Of a stretch of 55,315 nt of DNA, positions 13,623-25,951 are shown piece after piece. The stretch lies in contig NW_013547016.1 of the NCBI RefSeq assembly GCF_000711695.1, positions 310,001-365,315 on the forward strand, given 5' to 3'. How positions within the stretch are numbered: the first letter of the stretch is position 1; every line of letters starts with the position of its first letter. The stretch is from Tilletiaria anomala UBC 951 (Eukaryota). The position numbers and the translations under genes were made by a program. The notes below the pieces were generated by a model. The model made no database searches and was not told the origin of the DNA. It saw only the letters and a list, made by a program, of their open reading frames with translations.

Positions 13623-15316
13623 TGTGCGCGATCCTGATAATGCAAACAACTTTGCCAGCCGCCGCGGCTTTGTGAAGTGCAGAATAGCGGAGCGAAGCGA
13701 GTCACTGTGTTCTTGTCCGTCCGCAGTTAACGAGAGAGATGCACTGGCAAGGGTCAAAGCCAGGCAACAGACAAAAATTGCTGTACAGCTGACCACGAAA
13801 GAGCAGGTTGGAAATACCAGGTTGGATAGAGAAGGCCGCGCCTTGCTTTTGGGCGGCGTGAGGGAGGGGAACGGAGCGGACGAGAAAGAAGATATGGGCA
13901 ATACCGTCACTTACGGGGTATAGCTCGGCGAACAGGACTGTCGGTCACTGGACGTCTGTTTTATAGAGATGTTTCTGCCCTGGGAATGCATGCAGTGGAC
14001 TATGCGTCGCCCACATTGATCCACGACTGGTCGAAGTCAAAGATTAGCGGAGGACGACGATCGATCATGTCATCGGGATCATATTCAGACAACGGCCCTG
14101 TCTCTCTAATGTCCATACATCGCCCGCGGCCACAAAACCCGGCCTGATTCTTCGGAGATAAGCGCCGACGTCGATGAGAGCGTCTTTTTCTTTCGAGCTC
14201 AAAGCGGCCGCTTCTCCATATCGCGTAATGCACGGTTGCCTATGAACATTTGCTTGAACGAGGCAGGTCTTTTGACATATATAGTTGTCCTCTTCAAAAA
14301 TCTGGATCATTCCGCATCCGGCTGTGGTATGTGGCAACCTCATCGCATTTCACCTGTGATGTGGGCGTCAGCCATCGATCTCAGCTTCGCCAGATGAAGT
14401 ACCTGTATTTTGATTGGCTCTTTGATGACTGAAAATTCCAGCTTGCTTCTTTCTTTCATGTTTCTCCTCAGTGTCCACAGGAAGGCGAGGATGCGATCCG
14501 GGGAGGCCACTGAGGCTCGGAAAAGCCTGAGCATAGATTTCTGCCTTCGAAACCAAGCGTCGAATCCGCACCGAGGGCAGCTCTTGCCTTGTCCACATTC
14601 TATTGTCACAAGGACGCCATCACTGTGCCTCTGGAGTGTGGACAGGATTTACGAGGTATCTGAGATTCGATACTAGGTCTCGGTTGGTGGCCATGCCAAT
14701 GTCTGCCGTATGGTTCAAAAGACAAGATAGCGATACTGTGAGCATTCTCACCAGAGATGGCCAATGTCTGTGCTTCAAACTCTACCAACGGCGCAAATTT
14801 CGGCTGATTGGCTCTTGATACATCAGTGCAGCACGGAAAAGTGGCCAAGTGGGGCAGGGACTGCACGCCTGGTAATATTGGTACTCAGCGCGCACGGAGA
14901 TATTGCGGCCGCCTGTGTGCGCTGGATTGGTGTATCGATGTCACACCAATGGTTGCGTAAGGCGTGGCTGGTCGACAGCAGTGCATGCCCGCCGACGGCC
15001 GTTGTGAGAATACTTTCGAAGGTCCATATCATTAGAGTGGTGAGGGATGTACTTGTACGTGTCAACAAATGTGTTGACGTTTGCGAGAGTAATGCGTGGA
15101 GCAAGACGACAAGGCAGGTGATTCTTCACTTGACACAGCGCCTTGTGCCAAGGGAAGCTTCGATTTTCCGGGCATTCACTAAACCAGACTCCTTGTTGTT
15201 CATACTCAAGGATCCCACAGTTACATTGCAGCAACTAGCCAATGCGAGATGGAACGGCAGCTTGTACTCGGACAAACTAAACAGGTCAGCAGAATCGCCA
15301 TTCTATTGATGCTGAA

Positions 15317-16140
15317 TTATGATGATGCGGTCACTTGGTTGACAGAGGCCTTGTCAAGCTCTGCCCTGTAAAAAGTGAAGATCAAAATCTTCCGTCAGCC
15401 CTGTATCCCTTCGTGCGCTGCAGGCATAACCAGCAATGGGCCAACAGTAAAGGACGTAGACTCACCTTAGGGCCTTGCTAAAGTCGTCCTCCACGTCATC
15501 ATCGTCCCAGTTGTCTTGCCATAGATGATCCGCCGGTCCGCCACTGGCGGATCCTGCACTGCCTCCGCCAGTTGCATTGCCGCCAGCAATAGAAAGCCCC
15601 ACGCTAGCGCCAGGCGCTGCCCCTTGATCTTGACCGCCCGTCGCGCCAGCTGCACTGGAGATTTGTACGGCTTTGTTGGACAAGTGCGCAAGTGCTGTGT
15701 CTGCGTCCGACCAATCTGACGAATACAATAGCATGCGTCAGTTATCTTCATCTCGAATGCTGGAAATGATTTGGACGACGGCGAATATCCGTCGCATGCA
15801 GCTTGCTCTCGTAACCCGCAACAGGATATGCGATCTCTCTACGCCTGTTTCTTCGCATGACCCCTTAGCCGAAAGGCTCTGGCGCAAGGGTGCCACAGCA
15901 AGCCTGAGATAGAATCCATTTTTGGGCCCTGTGACTCCTCGCTGGGCTTCTTTATCCTGTCCGAAGCACTTTGACATGATATATACGGGAGGCATTCTGC
16001 AACTTACCCTGTGTCTCGAACTCCTCAAACTCATCATCCTCGTCCAAAACACCAAGTTGTGGAATGCTTTCTTCTCCCTCGGGCACTGCAAGCGCCAACT
16101 CCGCTGCTACTTGTAGCGACTTCTGAGCTGTGGTCGCCAT
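15317..16140 (-). CDS. SEM1: Sem1/Dss1 26S proteasome lid/TREX-2 subunit. Exons 16140-16008, 15715-15466, 15365-15317
   Basis: LGVLDEDDEFEEFETQDW and [24 protein letters not shown], the two acidic Sem1 motifs, are joined by canonical introns. Confidence 0.93.
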
Positions 16141-16700
16141 CTTGGCCTTTTATTGTCTCAACGTGGGTCTTCTCAAAGGTCGTTATGCGTGCGTTGCAGA
16201 ATGCTGGTTCAAGAAGGTCGGATGAGCGCGTGTGTACGCATGGAACTAACGCGAAGATGCGTGAGCTCTGAAAATCAAGAACACTGCTGGGTTGGGATCG
16301 TTGTCAAAGCCCTTCCTTGTAGTACCCTCGTTGTTATACAACCCGCAAGGTAGGGATGGGCTGTCGTATGGAGCAGGGACTCCATGTAGAAAGTTGGAGA
16401 CGTGCGCGTTTCGTTGGTGACCTTTCGGATGAGAGTGCGCGGCCATATGCCAAAACAGCTTACGTAAGACTTGTCCTTAGTAGTTATGATCAACGACAGT
16501 TCTCTCGAATGAAAGCATATCCCTTCACATTGCCTTTCCTCCATGTCTGATCTTCGTAGTTCAACTAGTCAAGGTACTGCCGACGTGGATGATCTGAAGC
16601 ACGGCAAGTGGAAATTGACTGGGAAATTAAAGAAGAAAAATCGCATGGATTCTTACTGTACGCTGCAAGAATCGCTACTTGGTTCTCCAACATTGCTGCC

Positions 16701-18621
16701 ATGGTAACGGGTGCCAACGGGTTGCCACAACTATCAAGTGGTCCTGGTGGCACAGCTTCATTTGAAATAGATACACTCCTTCGCCCCGCGTTGGAGCGGG
16801 TGTTGGAATGTACGTAACTCATTGGACACATTGAAGCCTTCGCGAAATCAAGGATTCGCTCGAGCTGACTTCGCTTGATGGGGTTCCCTACGCCTTGCAG
16901 GGATCCGGAAAGGCGAGCGTGAAGATGCACCCGTCCTGCGCTGGCCTACTTCGAAAGAAGCCAGGGATAACATTATTATTCCTTCAATATCATCTCTTGG
17001 CTCTCATGTGCTTCTGGAAGAGGAATCAAAACATGCGAAACGCCCACAGTCGTCCCATACCCTCTCTGAACAGGGTACGTGTGATTGTGCGGAACATTAT
17101 CGCACAGTGGGTAATTTGCTGACGGTCAAAGTTCCTCGTGAACAGGCCTATTAGAGCTGATCGGGACTGTACTGGATAACAGCATCAACCCATGGACTGG
17201 GCGGTTTCTCGACAAGCTCTACGCTGCGCCAAAGCCAATTGGACTCGTTGCGGACCTGATACTCTCCGTCCTGAATGCCAATTGCCATGTCTTCAGCTCC
17301 AGTCCCGTGCTCAGCCTTGTGGAGGAAATGTGCGTTCAAGAGCTCGGTAGACTGTGTGGATGGTCTGAAGCGGGCTCTGGGAGTAACGAGGAGTCGCAAG
17401 TGGACGGCCTCACCATGCCTGGCGGTTCGGCATCAAACACACTTGCAATTCAGACTGCACTAGCTACTATGTTTCCCTCATATAAAGAAGCAGGCATACT
17501 CGGGGCATTAGATGACATCAATCGTCTGAAGGCTTTGCCTCCTCCCGGATCTGCTGACGCTTCTGTGGGTCGGCACGTAACAGGGCAGTCAGAAGTCGAG
17601 ACAGTGTCCTCCGCCTCGCTCCTGAAGCCTTTGATATTCACCAGCGACCAGAGTCACTATTCGTGAGTGGTATACAGAGCTATCGTTAAAACGCGAGGGA
17701 AGTTGATGGACAGTGGGGTTTTCCTTCAGAATCCAGAAAGCTGCGCTAGCTTGTGGTCTGGGGCTTGAAAGCGTCATCAAAGTACCCTGCGATCCCTCCG
17801 GGCGCATGGATCCCGAGGCGCTTGACAGGATGCTTCATAACCTGCGTCCCTCGCACAAGGGCTTCCCGTTCTTTGTCAATGCGACGGCAGGAACTACAGT
17901 TCTAGGGTCTTTCGACAATCTTGAAGCGATCAGCGAGATTTGCAAGCAGAATAACCTTTGGCTTCATGTCGATGGCAGCTGGGGCGGGCCCGTGCTCTTC
18001 TCCTCACGCTGGAAGCACCTCATTTCCGGCATAGATTCGTGCCACTCTTTCACCATCAACCCACACAAACTGCTAAACGTCCCTCTTCAATGCTCATTCC
18101 TCATATTCAAACACGGAAAGCAGGCACTCAAAGGCAACTCCCTAGCCGCATCCTACCTCTTCCATTCAGCCGATATGCGCGATAATCCCGGTATGAAGAC
18201 GCTCGGCTGTGGGAGGAAAGGAGATGCGCTCAAGCTCTACCTGACATGGCTGCGCTATGGAAAGGAAGGCCTAGGCGCCCACGTCGATCGCGGCTTCGAG
18301 TTGGCAGCCAAAGCGATTGCCATGGTCAAAGCCGCTGCTCCGCGCCTGGTGCTCTACCCGCCGCCCGAATCAAGTTTCTTGCAAGTCTGTTTCCGCCCAT
18401 ACAAGGAAGGCCTGAGCACCGAACAGCTCTCGCAAGCTGTCATCGAAGTGCGCGAGCGTCTTCAAAGCGAGCGCATGTTTGCCGTTGACTTTGCTCCGCT
18501 ACCGGGTCAATCTGGGCAGTTTTTGCGCCTCGTCACTCATCCTAGCACCAAGGAGTCCGACCTGCAGACACTCATACAGCGAGTCGCTGCACTGGGCGAA
18601 AAGTATTTCGCAGATTCATGA
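16701..18621 (+). CDS. Group II PLP-dependent decarboxylase (GAD/CSAD/aspartate 1-decarboxylase-like); 4 exons
   Basis: SINPWTGRFLDKLYA, MPGGSASN, SDQSHYS, NATAGTTVLGSFD, WLHVDGSWGG, PLP lysine motif NPHK, and KTLGCGRKGDALKL. Start codon is less certain than the rest of the model. Confidence 0.88.
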
Positions 18622-18882
18622 TAGCGCAACGTACAGCATGTTCTGCACCTGCATATGCGGTTCACAAGCAAGCGATATAGAAGTCACCTTGTTGATGCGC
18701 TTGATCAGCGTCGGATTCTAGAGGCATAGTACATGGCAGATGCAGTGAGAGATGATGTCATTGTAATATGAAGTGTCGTTCCATGAGTTGATGATTAATG
18801 TGAACTTTTGAACACGGCGAGAAAGAGGCCAAAGGGGTTTTTGCACCGGAGAATCACTGACGTCTTGCGCCTGTGCGAGACG

Positions 18883-21800
18883 TTACCGACCTGCAGCAAT
18901 GCTGCGACCGCTGTTGGTGCTTGCCAGACTCATCGCGCTACTCGTTCGTTTAAGGGCCTCGCGTGCGCTCTCCATTGTGGTCGTCGCGTTCGACTTGACG
19001 CCCGTACGTGAGCTGGCAGTGGCGAGCAGCACGTCGCGGCAAAATTTGAGTTTCTGCATGAGACGCCGTACGAATCTCCGCTCGCGTGGAGTGGTCATGT
19101 CGATCGTGGGCATGTCGAGCCCGAGGCGCTCAGCTTCCTCGAAAGCGGCTGCTTCGCGCGCCGAGCGGTCTTGCAGCGCGATCGAGACAAATTCGGCGAG
19201 GGTCCAGGTGTAGAGTCTCTGCTTGCCCGGGATGTGCTCGGACGGTACGATCGCAGCGATGGTCAGGCCTTGGTCGATGAGGAAAATTTTCATGTGGTCG
19301 TAGAAGTTGTACTGGAAGGCAAGGAAAACAGGTTTTTAGCGATAAGAAGGAAAATGGAGTCGAGTGGAGGAGCTGGGCCGTGTGCTCACCTGCAGCATGT
19401 CGTTAGAAAGCTGGAAGATGATCGCTTCGTGGCTGCGGAACCACTTGTACACGAAGGGCAGGTCCTTGACGAGCGAGTCTTCGCGCTGCATGAGTGGATG
19501 CCCACCGCCGCAGAGGCGCTCGGTGATCTCTGCGGTGAAGGACATGAGGATCTCCATCCTGTTCACCACTGTCGGCGGCATGCCCTGCAGCGCTGCTTTG
19601 TGCCGCAGGCTCTGTTGCTGTCCTTGAGCAGCGGCCGCAGTGTCGTGGGCATCAGCCTCCATGTCACCATCGCTGGCCGGCATGGCAAAACTCTTGCGAT
19701 GCATGACGATCGGTGGTGACGGCTCGGTGCTTGCGGTGCTGATGCGCTTGTTCTGTGCGACGTACTCGAACGACTGCGTCGAAGGCGCCAGGACGATGCT
19801 GTCGCTATCGCGGAAATGGACGCCGATAGAGCCGTTACTCAGCGCATAGCCGAGGCCATACTTGTCGCTCGCGTCGAGCCACGAGACGACGAACGCTTTC
19901 GGAAGCGGCGGGCAGCGGCGCATCGTGCCGTCCTCGTTGACCTGCGTTTCGACGGGAAGCATCGGGACATTGTCGCCCTCGGCGTCGTGCAGCGAGAGCA
20001 TGCTGTTCTGTTCGAACGCATCGAGCGCTGCGCTGAGACGATGCACAATGAGCTCGGTGAAAGCCGCCGGCTTGGGCTGTGTCTGCGCCTGCGCATATGC
20101 ATGCTGCTGCGAAACGCGATGATTGCCACCGCCAGCGTGGAAGGCGCCCCGGCGCGTTGAGCCAGATTCGACGCTGGCGAGGCTGACGGCGCTGCCCTGC
20201 GCCGCGGTCATGCCAGCGACGAGACGGGTTTTGTGGTTGAGCTCACGTCGGTCCTCTGTCACTTTTTCGCCTCCAGATTGGTACGACGGCGCGCTGCGCT
20301 GCGGTGGGAGCATCCCATTGCCGTTGCTGCTGTTGGTGGCTGGCAGTGGGCCTGTGCTCTCCCTTTCGGCGGCAAGGTCGAACGCGCGCGAAGGCTTGCT
20401 AGCGCCACCCTGCACCATTTGCTGCTGATTCTGCTGCTGTGGGTACTGTGGCAGCTGGTGCGCACTAACCGAGGCGGCACGTGAGACGCTGAGCGCTCCC
20501 AGCTGCTTCGCGAGGCCGCTAGCGGCGCGTCGGGCGCTGCTGGCGCGCTGATCACGTTGGTAGTGACTCTGCTGTTGCTGCTGCTGTGGGGCGCGGATGA
20601 GCGGTTGCTGGCCAACCTTGAGCAGCGTGCTGATCGGGCTGCCTGGTTGAATGGCACGCTCGGCTTCCCTGTTGACGGCCGCGCGCTGGTCCTCGAGCGC
20701 TTCCATCTCTCGCAGACGGCTTCGCATGTCCGCCGCACGCGTGGCACTGACGCTCGCTCGTTGCTGGTGCGATCCGCGCTGCGCGTTACTGCCGTTACCG
20801 CCGTCTGCATAGTTGCCCTCTTCCTCGTCGTCATCGTACTCCTCGTCGTCTTCGTCGTCCTCTTCGATGAGATCATCCGCGTGCGGGTTCCACTCTCCCT
20901 CCAGTTTGATCTGCGCAAAGTTTTTGAGCGACTGCTCCGGCGAAACGTACGGCAAGACGGGCATCTTTCTGCATGCGGATGCGGGCAGACTGCTCGGGAC
21001 GGCCCCCGCGTAGAACCAGGGGTGGTCCATGATTTGAATGAGCGTCGGCCTTTCCGCCGGGTTGGGCGTAAGGATCTGGGCGATGAGCTCGCGCGCGTGC
21101 GAGGAGATGGTCGAGTCGGCGGGGATCTCGTACTCGTTTCGCTTGATCTTCTCATAGATCTTCTGCACATTGTCTGTCTGGAACGGCGGCTTGCCGATCA
21201 GGAGTGTGTACAGAATGACGCCGACGGACCAGATGTCCACTTCGAAGCTATGCCCGTCGCCCTGGTCGTAAAGAATCTCAGGGGCGATGTAGTTTGGCGT
21301 GCCGCACACAGTCTTCTTACGCTCCTCGGGGAAGTTGAGCAGCGCGGCGAGCCCAAAGTCGCCAATCTTGACGTTCATCGACGCATCGAGGAAGATGTTG
21401 CCGAGCTTCAGGTCGCGGTGGATGACCGAGTTAAGGTGCATGTGCTGACATCCGGTCAGGATCTGTGTCATCAGGTAGCGCGACTCGGGCTCCGAGTAGC
21501 GACCACGACGCTTGACGACATCGTTCATGCTCTGGCAGCCGTCACGGGTTAAAGTCAGTGGCTAGGCTCACGATAGTGTAAAGGAGAACAGAGCGAGAAG
21601 CAACTAACCCCGTTTGCACATAGCTCCAGGCGAAAGTAGACATTCTCTTCATCCTCAAACTGATCCAAGAAGCGGACAATGTGTTTGTGCTTCATGCTCT
21701 TGTGAATCTTGAGTTCAGCGAGCAGCTTGGACTTGTTGCGTTTGGAGGACGAGACGGTGGCCTTGTGGATGACCTTGAAGGCGTACTCGTTGCCCTGCGG

Positions 21801-22279
21801 GCAGGTCGCCATGTAGACGCGCGCGAAGCCGCCCTACAAGGAAGAGTGGACAGGCTGTCAGCATCCCGTCGTGAAAACCGACAGCCCTTAGACAAAAACT
21901 GCGAACTCACCTGCCCTAGTACGTGCCCGGTCACGTACGAGACACCGTGGGAGTCGACGATCATGTCCGGAGCGGTGGGAAGGACGGGTTTCTTGCTGTC
22001 CGGCTTGTCGCCTCGGCGCTTTCGTTCTCGGTCCTCCCTCTCTTTCCGCTGCAGCCGCTCCGCCTCGCGATCCCTCTGCTGCTGCTGGTGCTTTCCATCT
22101 TCTTCTGCGGTCATCTGCTGTTGGTGCTGCTGCGGCTGCTGGCGCGACGACTTGAGCGCAGCATGGTTGGCGTGCACGTTCGGAGCATAACGCTCGGACA
22201 GTGCCGAGGCAGCGTTGCTGGCATGGGCCTGGATCTTGCGGAGCTGGTCGCGAGCGGCGATAGCGTTTGCGTGGGCCAT
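18883..22279 (-). CDS. CDC5: Polo-like kinase Cdc5/Plk1. Exons 22279-21911, 21833-21609, 21531-19390, 19311-18883
   Basis: GQGGFARVY, HRDLKLGN, DFG and KKTVCGTPNYIAPE. Polo box 1 VVSWLDASDKYGLGY and polo box 2 NFYDHMKIFL with the His-x-Lys pincer. Long Q-rich and acidic linker. Confidence 0.95.
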
Positions 22280-24040
22280 GGTGGCCGACAGATTTCTGAA
22301 GTGCGACGGGGCAGGTGAGGACGGTGCGTGTACAGCACGCCGCAGTGGTGGTTTGGGATGACGAGCCCGACTGAGCTAAAGGGCCCGAGCTGGGGCCGGC
22401 CGTAAAGGTATACAGTCGGTCGGTGTCGGATCGAGCTGGAGAGGATTCGCTACCCGGAGAGTGCCGACAACGATGGCGACGACCGCGACAGCGACGAGGA
22501 CGAGCAAATCCGAGCGTGATACCTTCCTGATGTCGCAAGAGTGAAGGAGGAAGTGGCGGTGGTGTCGAAGAAGGAAAGCAAAGGGGCCGGGGCGGTGGAG
22601 AGACGAGGGTCTAGGATGTCGTGGTGGACGGATGGATAGTCTTTGCTCTCTGCGCTCTCTCTTTCTTTGTGTGGGTGTGTGTCTGCTCTCATGAGATGGA
22701 CCACTTTGCATTGATGTTGAAAGCAGCTTCTACAGTACATACCCGCCGACAGACTCGCACGGGCACTCACAGTGGCACCTGCCCATCTGCCTCGGGAAGA
22801 ACAACACACAACACACACACACCACATGTACTGTGGGCGGAACGGGGGACGCGTGCGCACAGCCGATGAAAGAGACGCGTATTCGGTTTCTGGTCACGTG
22901 CCCATAGTGGCCACCGTGCCGATAGCAGATACCCAGCCTTCCGATTGCTTGAGACGCCGCGGTCAGCGACTCTCCGACATCATTATTTTCTTTCTTTTTT
23001 TCCAATTTTTAAGAGAGCGATTGAGGATGCGATCGTTTTGCGCGAGAGGGGAAGCAGGGACGCAGCTCGGTCAGCCAGCTGGAGGATTGGCACCTGTAGG
23101 CACCGTGTATGAGTATGCACGCGCCTCAGTGCTTCGATCTGCTGAGATGACGAGTCTCTCTTCCACCAGATTCTAATTGACGTGCAGGGGGTGTAGAGAC
23201 TGTGGGCAAACTCCATCCCGTTGCATGTTGTCCGCTTGCAACCAGTCTGCGAGCGCTGCAAGCTCCCACTATGGACTTTGGGGAATGAAGGGTTAGAGGT
23301 GTATGGTGAGATTGTGAGGGCGGCGAAGACGAGAGAGAGATAAGTCAAAATCAAGAGGGCGGTTGCTGGTCAGTGTTTCTTTTCCTATTCTTGGCGACAG
23401 TGCTGTCTCCCAGCACCAGGGCATGACAGCCGTGTCCCCGCTTTTACCCCCTTGCTCTTCTGTGGGGCGATTCTGTGCGGTGTAGTTCCTGCCAAAACCT
23501 GCCAGACGGGGGCACTCTGCCCCGCTCTCCGCTTGCAGCCAACCGCAGAAGGGGTGAGACACTGGTGCAGTGCTACACTGCCTCTTGGGCTGATGACCAC
23601 CACAGCTCGTCGTCTTCAACACCACTGGCAAGAAAGGATACCGATATCCGGTATCGCCCTGGCCAATCAGCATCAGGCAGGCTGCCATCGACTTGATCAT
23701 CCGCAGCTCACCGCCCCCCTTGCTCGTAGGAACCTTGTCGAGAAAGGCACAAGCAAGAGAGAGGCGTGCGTAGTGCGACCGCTGCGACTTTTTCTCCTTT
23801 TCTCCTGTCCGACTCCCCCCCCCCCGCACCGCCCTTTCGAGCGAAGGAAGAGCGAACGAGCGAACAAGCGATCTCGACCTTCTCCACTCCACCTCTTTAC
23901 ATATCGCTTCACCACGGATTCGTCGCACGCACACTGTTACCGCAGCCCTCCCTGAGCCAGCTCTTTGCCCTTGCGCTGCGACTCAATTCCTTTTCCCCTT
24001 GCTCTCCTCCTGCCAAGTTACCCACAGCGCATCCGAGACC

Positions 24041-25951
24041 ATGTCGTACATCGACTACGCCGCTCGCTCCCAGTCCGGCACCCGGGTGCGCGACGATGAT
24101 GAAGCCGAAGCGGGCTCCCAGCAGCACCAACAGCCGCAATACCATGCGGATCCTTTCGCAGATCAGCATGTTGCTGGTGACGCCGGCGGCCGTGCTCTCC
24201 GCGGGCGTGGCCACGACTTTTCCGTCGAGCGCATCCACACCGAAGGCGATGACCTTGGTAACTACCACCCGTACAGGGGCGAGGGCGGCCTACCCAGCTC
24301 CACGGCGTCGCCCCGACCATCGCATCAGGCCAACGGCCTGCAGCGCGAGCCCTCGCACCAGGAGCCCTTCTTCGATCCGACGTTCGAAGACTATACGCAC
24401 GAGGCACCGCTCGAGATGCCGTTTTTCGACCACGTTGTCCAGGACTACGGCAACTTTGGCACGCTCAGCAAGCTCCGTGTTCAATTCGGACAGTTCATCT
24501 CCTTCCTCCTTACCCTCGGCGCCCTCGGCCTTGTCGTTATCGCCAGCTTTGCCCACTACCTTAACCCCTTCGCAAGGTCCCCGCCTCGCGCCAAAGCAGA
24601 CCGCGAGTACGAGAGACGCGTCACCGGGGAGCGAGGCTCCGGCAGGGTGCAGTATTACGCTGAGGTGTGTGTCGTGTCACTTCGTCCTACACTTCCTCCT
24701 GTTTCCACCCCTTCTGTCGTTCTCTGACACTATTACTCCTTTTGCTACTAGTACTGGGGCTACCGCTGCGACGAGCATGAGGTCATCACTGAGGGTGGCT
24801 GGATCCTCAAGGTGCACCGCATCAGCGACCCGCGTCGTCCAGGCGGCGCTGGCTACCCAGTCGTGCTGCAGCACGGCATCCTGTGCAACTCGTCACACTT
24901 TATCATGAACGAGGAGCGCTCCCTCGCTTTCTGGCTCGTCGACCAGGGCTACGACGTCTGGTTGCCCAACATCCGCGCTAACTACAATGCTGGGCACACC
25001 GAGTTCTCCCGCTCGGACCCGCGCTTCTGGGCCTGGGGCCTCAAGGAGCTGGCGTTCGACCTGCGCGACGTCGTCGAGTTCATCTGCGAGGCGACGGCGC
25101 ATCCGCGTCTTGCGTACGTGGGCCACTCGCAGGGATCCGGCAGCATGTACCTCGCCCTCTCCCCGGGGATCTGCCCCGAGCTTGGGGACCGGCTTAGTGT
25201 CTTTGTCGCCCTCGGTCCCTCGGTGTACGCTGGGCCGGTGCTGCGCCGCTTCCCCTTCTCGCTGATCCGCAAGTTCCGCTCGCGCAAATGGTGGTCATTC
25301 GTGTTTGGCATCAAACAGTTCATCCCGGCCATCGCGCTGGTTCAGCGCGTGCTACCATCGTTTATCTTTGGCCACCTAGCCTACGTCATGTTCTCGTACA
25401 TGTTCGGCTTCCACATGCGCCTCACGCCCAAGCGCCAGATCCCTAAGGTCTTCCGCTCGCTTCCCGTCCCGACGTCGTCGGAGCTGCTGTATTGGTACAT
25501 GGCCGCGTGGGCTGCGCGCGGCTGCATCTTCGACCCTCGCATGCAGGAGCCCTGGTTCCCGCGCAGTTTCCCGCCTCACTCGATGTACTACGGCACCATC
25601 GACTTACTTGTCCTCGGCAAGCCGCTCGCGCAACGCCTCCAGCGCCATGAGCACAACGTTGACATAGTCCACTGTGTCGAGCTCGACGGGTGAGTGGCCG
25701 CATATTCCACTCTCTGCTCTGTTCTGCACTGCGCTGCGCTGCGCGCTGACTCTTTGCTGATCCTCCCCTGTTATGATTGCAGGTACGAGCACCTCGACTT
25801 CATGTTCTCCCACGACGCATGGCGTGTCGTCTTCCCCGGAATCAAGGACAGCATCGAGAGCACGATCGACCCCGAGGACCGTGCGCCGGCCATGCGCGAA
25901 GTCGATGCGCCCGTTGCCACAACAGGGCGCCGCTCTCGGCGCGGTATCTGA
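24041..25951 (+). CDS. AB-hydrolase lipase / steryl-ester hydrolase (Yeh1/Tgl1-like) with N-terminal TM segment; 3 exons
   Basis: VVLQHGILCNS, nucleophile GHSQG, acid GTIDLLV and catalytic His in YEHLD. Hydrophobic segment FISFLLTLGALGLVVIASF. Confidence 0.9.

Noticed and set aside
16543..16670. Upstream ATG with a GCAAGT donor as a possible extra first exon of the decarboxylase
   Set aside because: The obvious acceptor gives the wrong phase and an early stop, so ATG 16701 was preferred.
20259..21552. Long alternative-frame and antisense ORFs (303 and 331 aa) over CDC5, and similar ones over YTA7, the lipase and KTR
   Set aside because: Shadow ORFs are expected from high GC3 in real coding sequence, and none has recognisable motifs.
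22280..24040. ORFs, CA/GA microsatellite-like tracts and a poly-C run between CDC5 and the lipase
   Set aside because: Low-complexity divergent promoter/UTR sequence with no coding signature.
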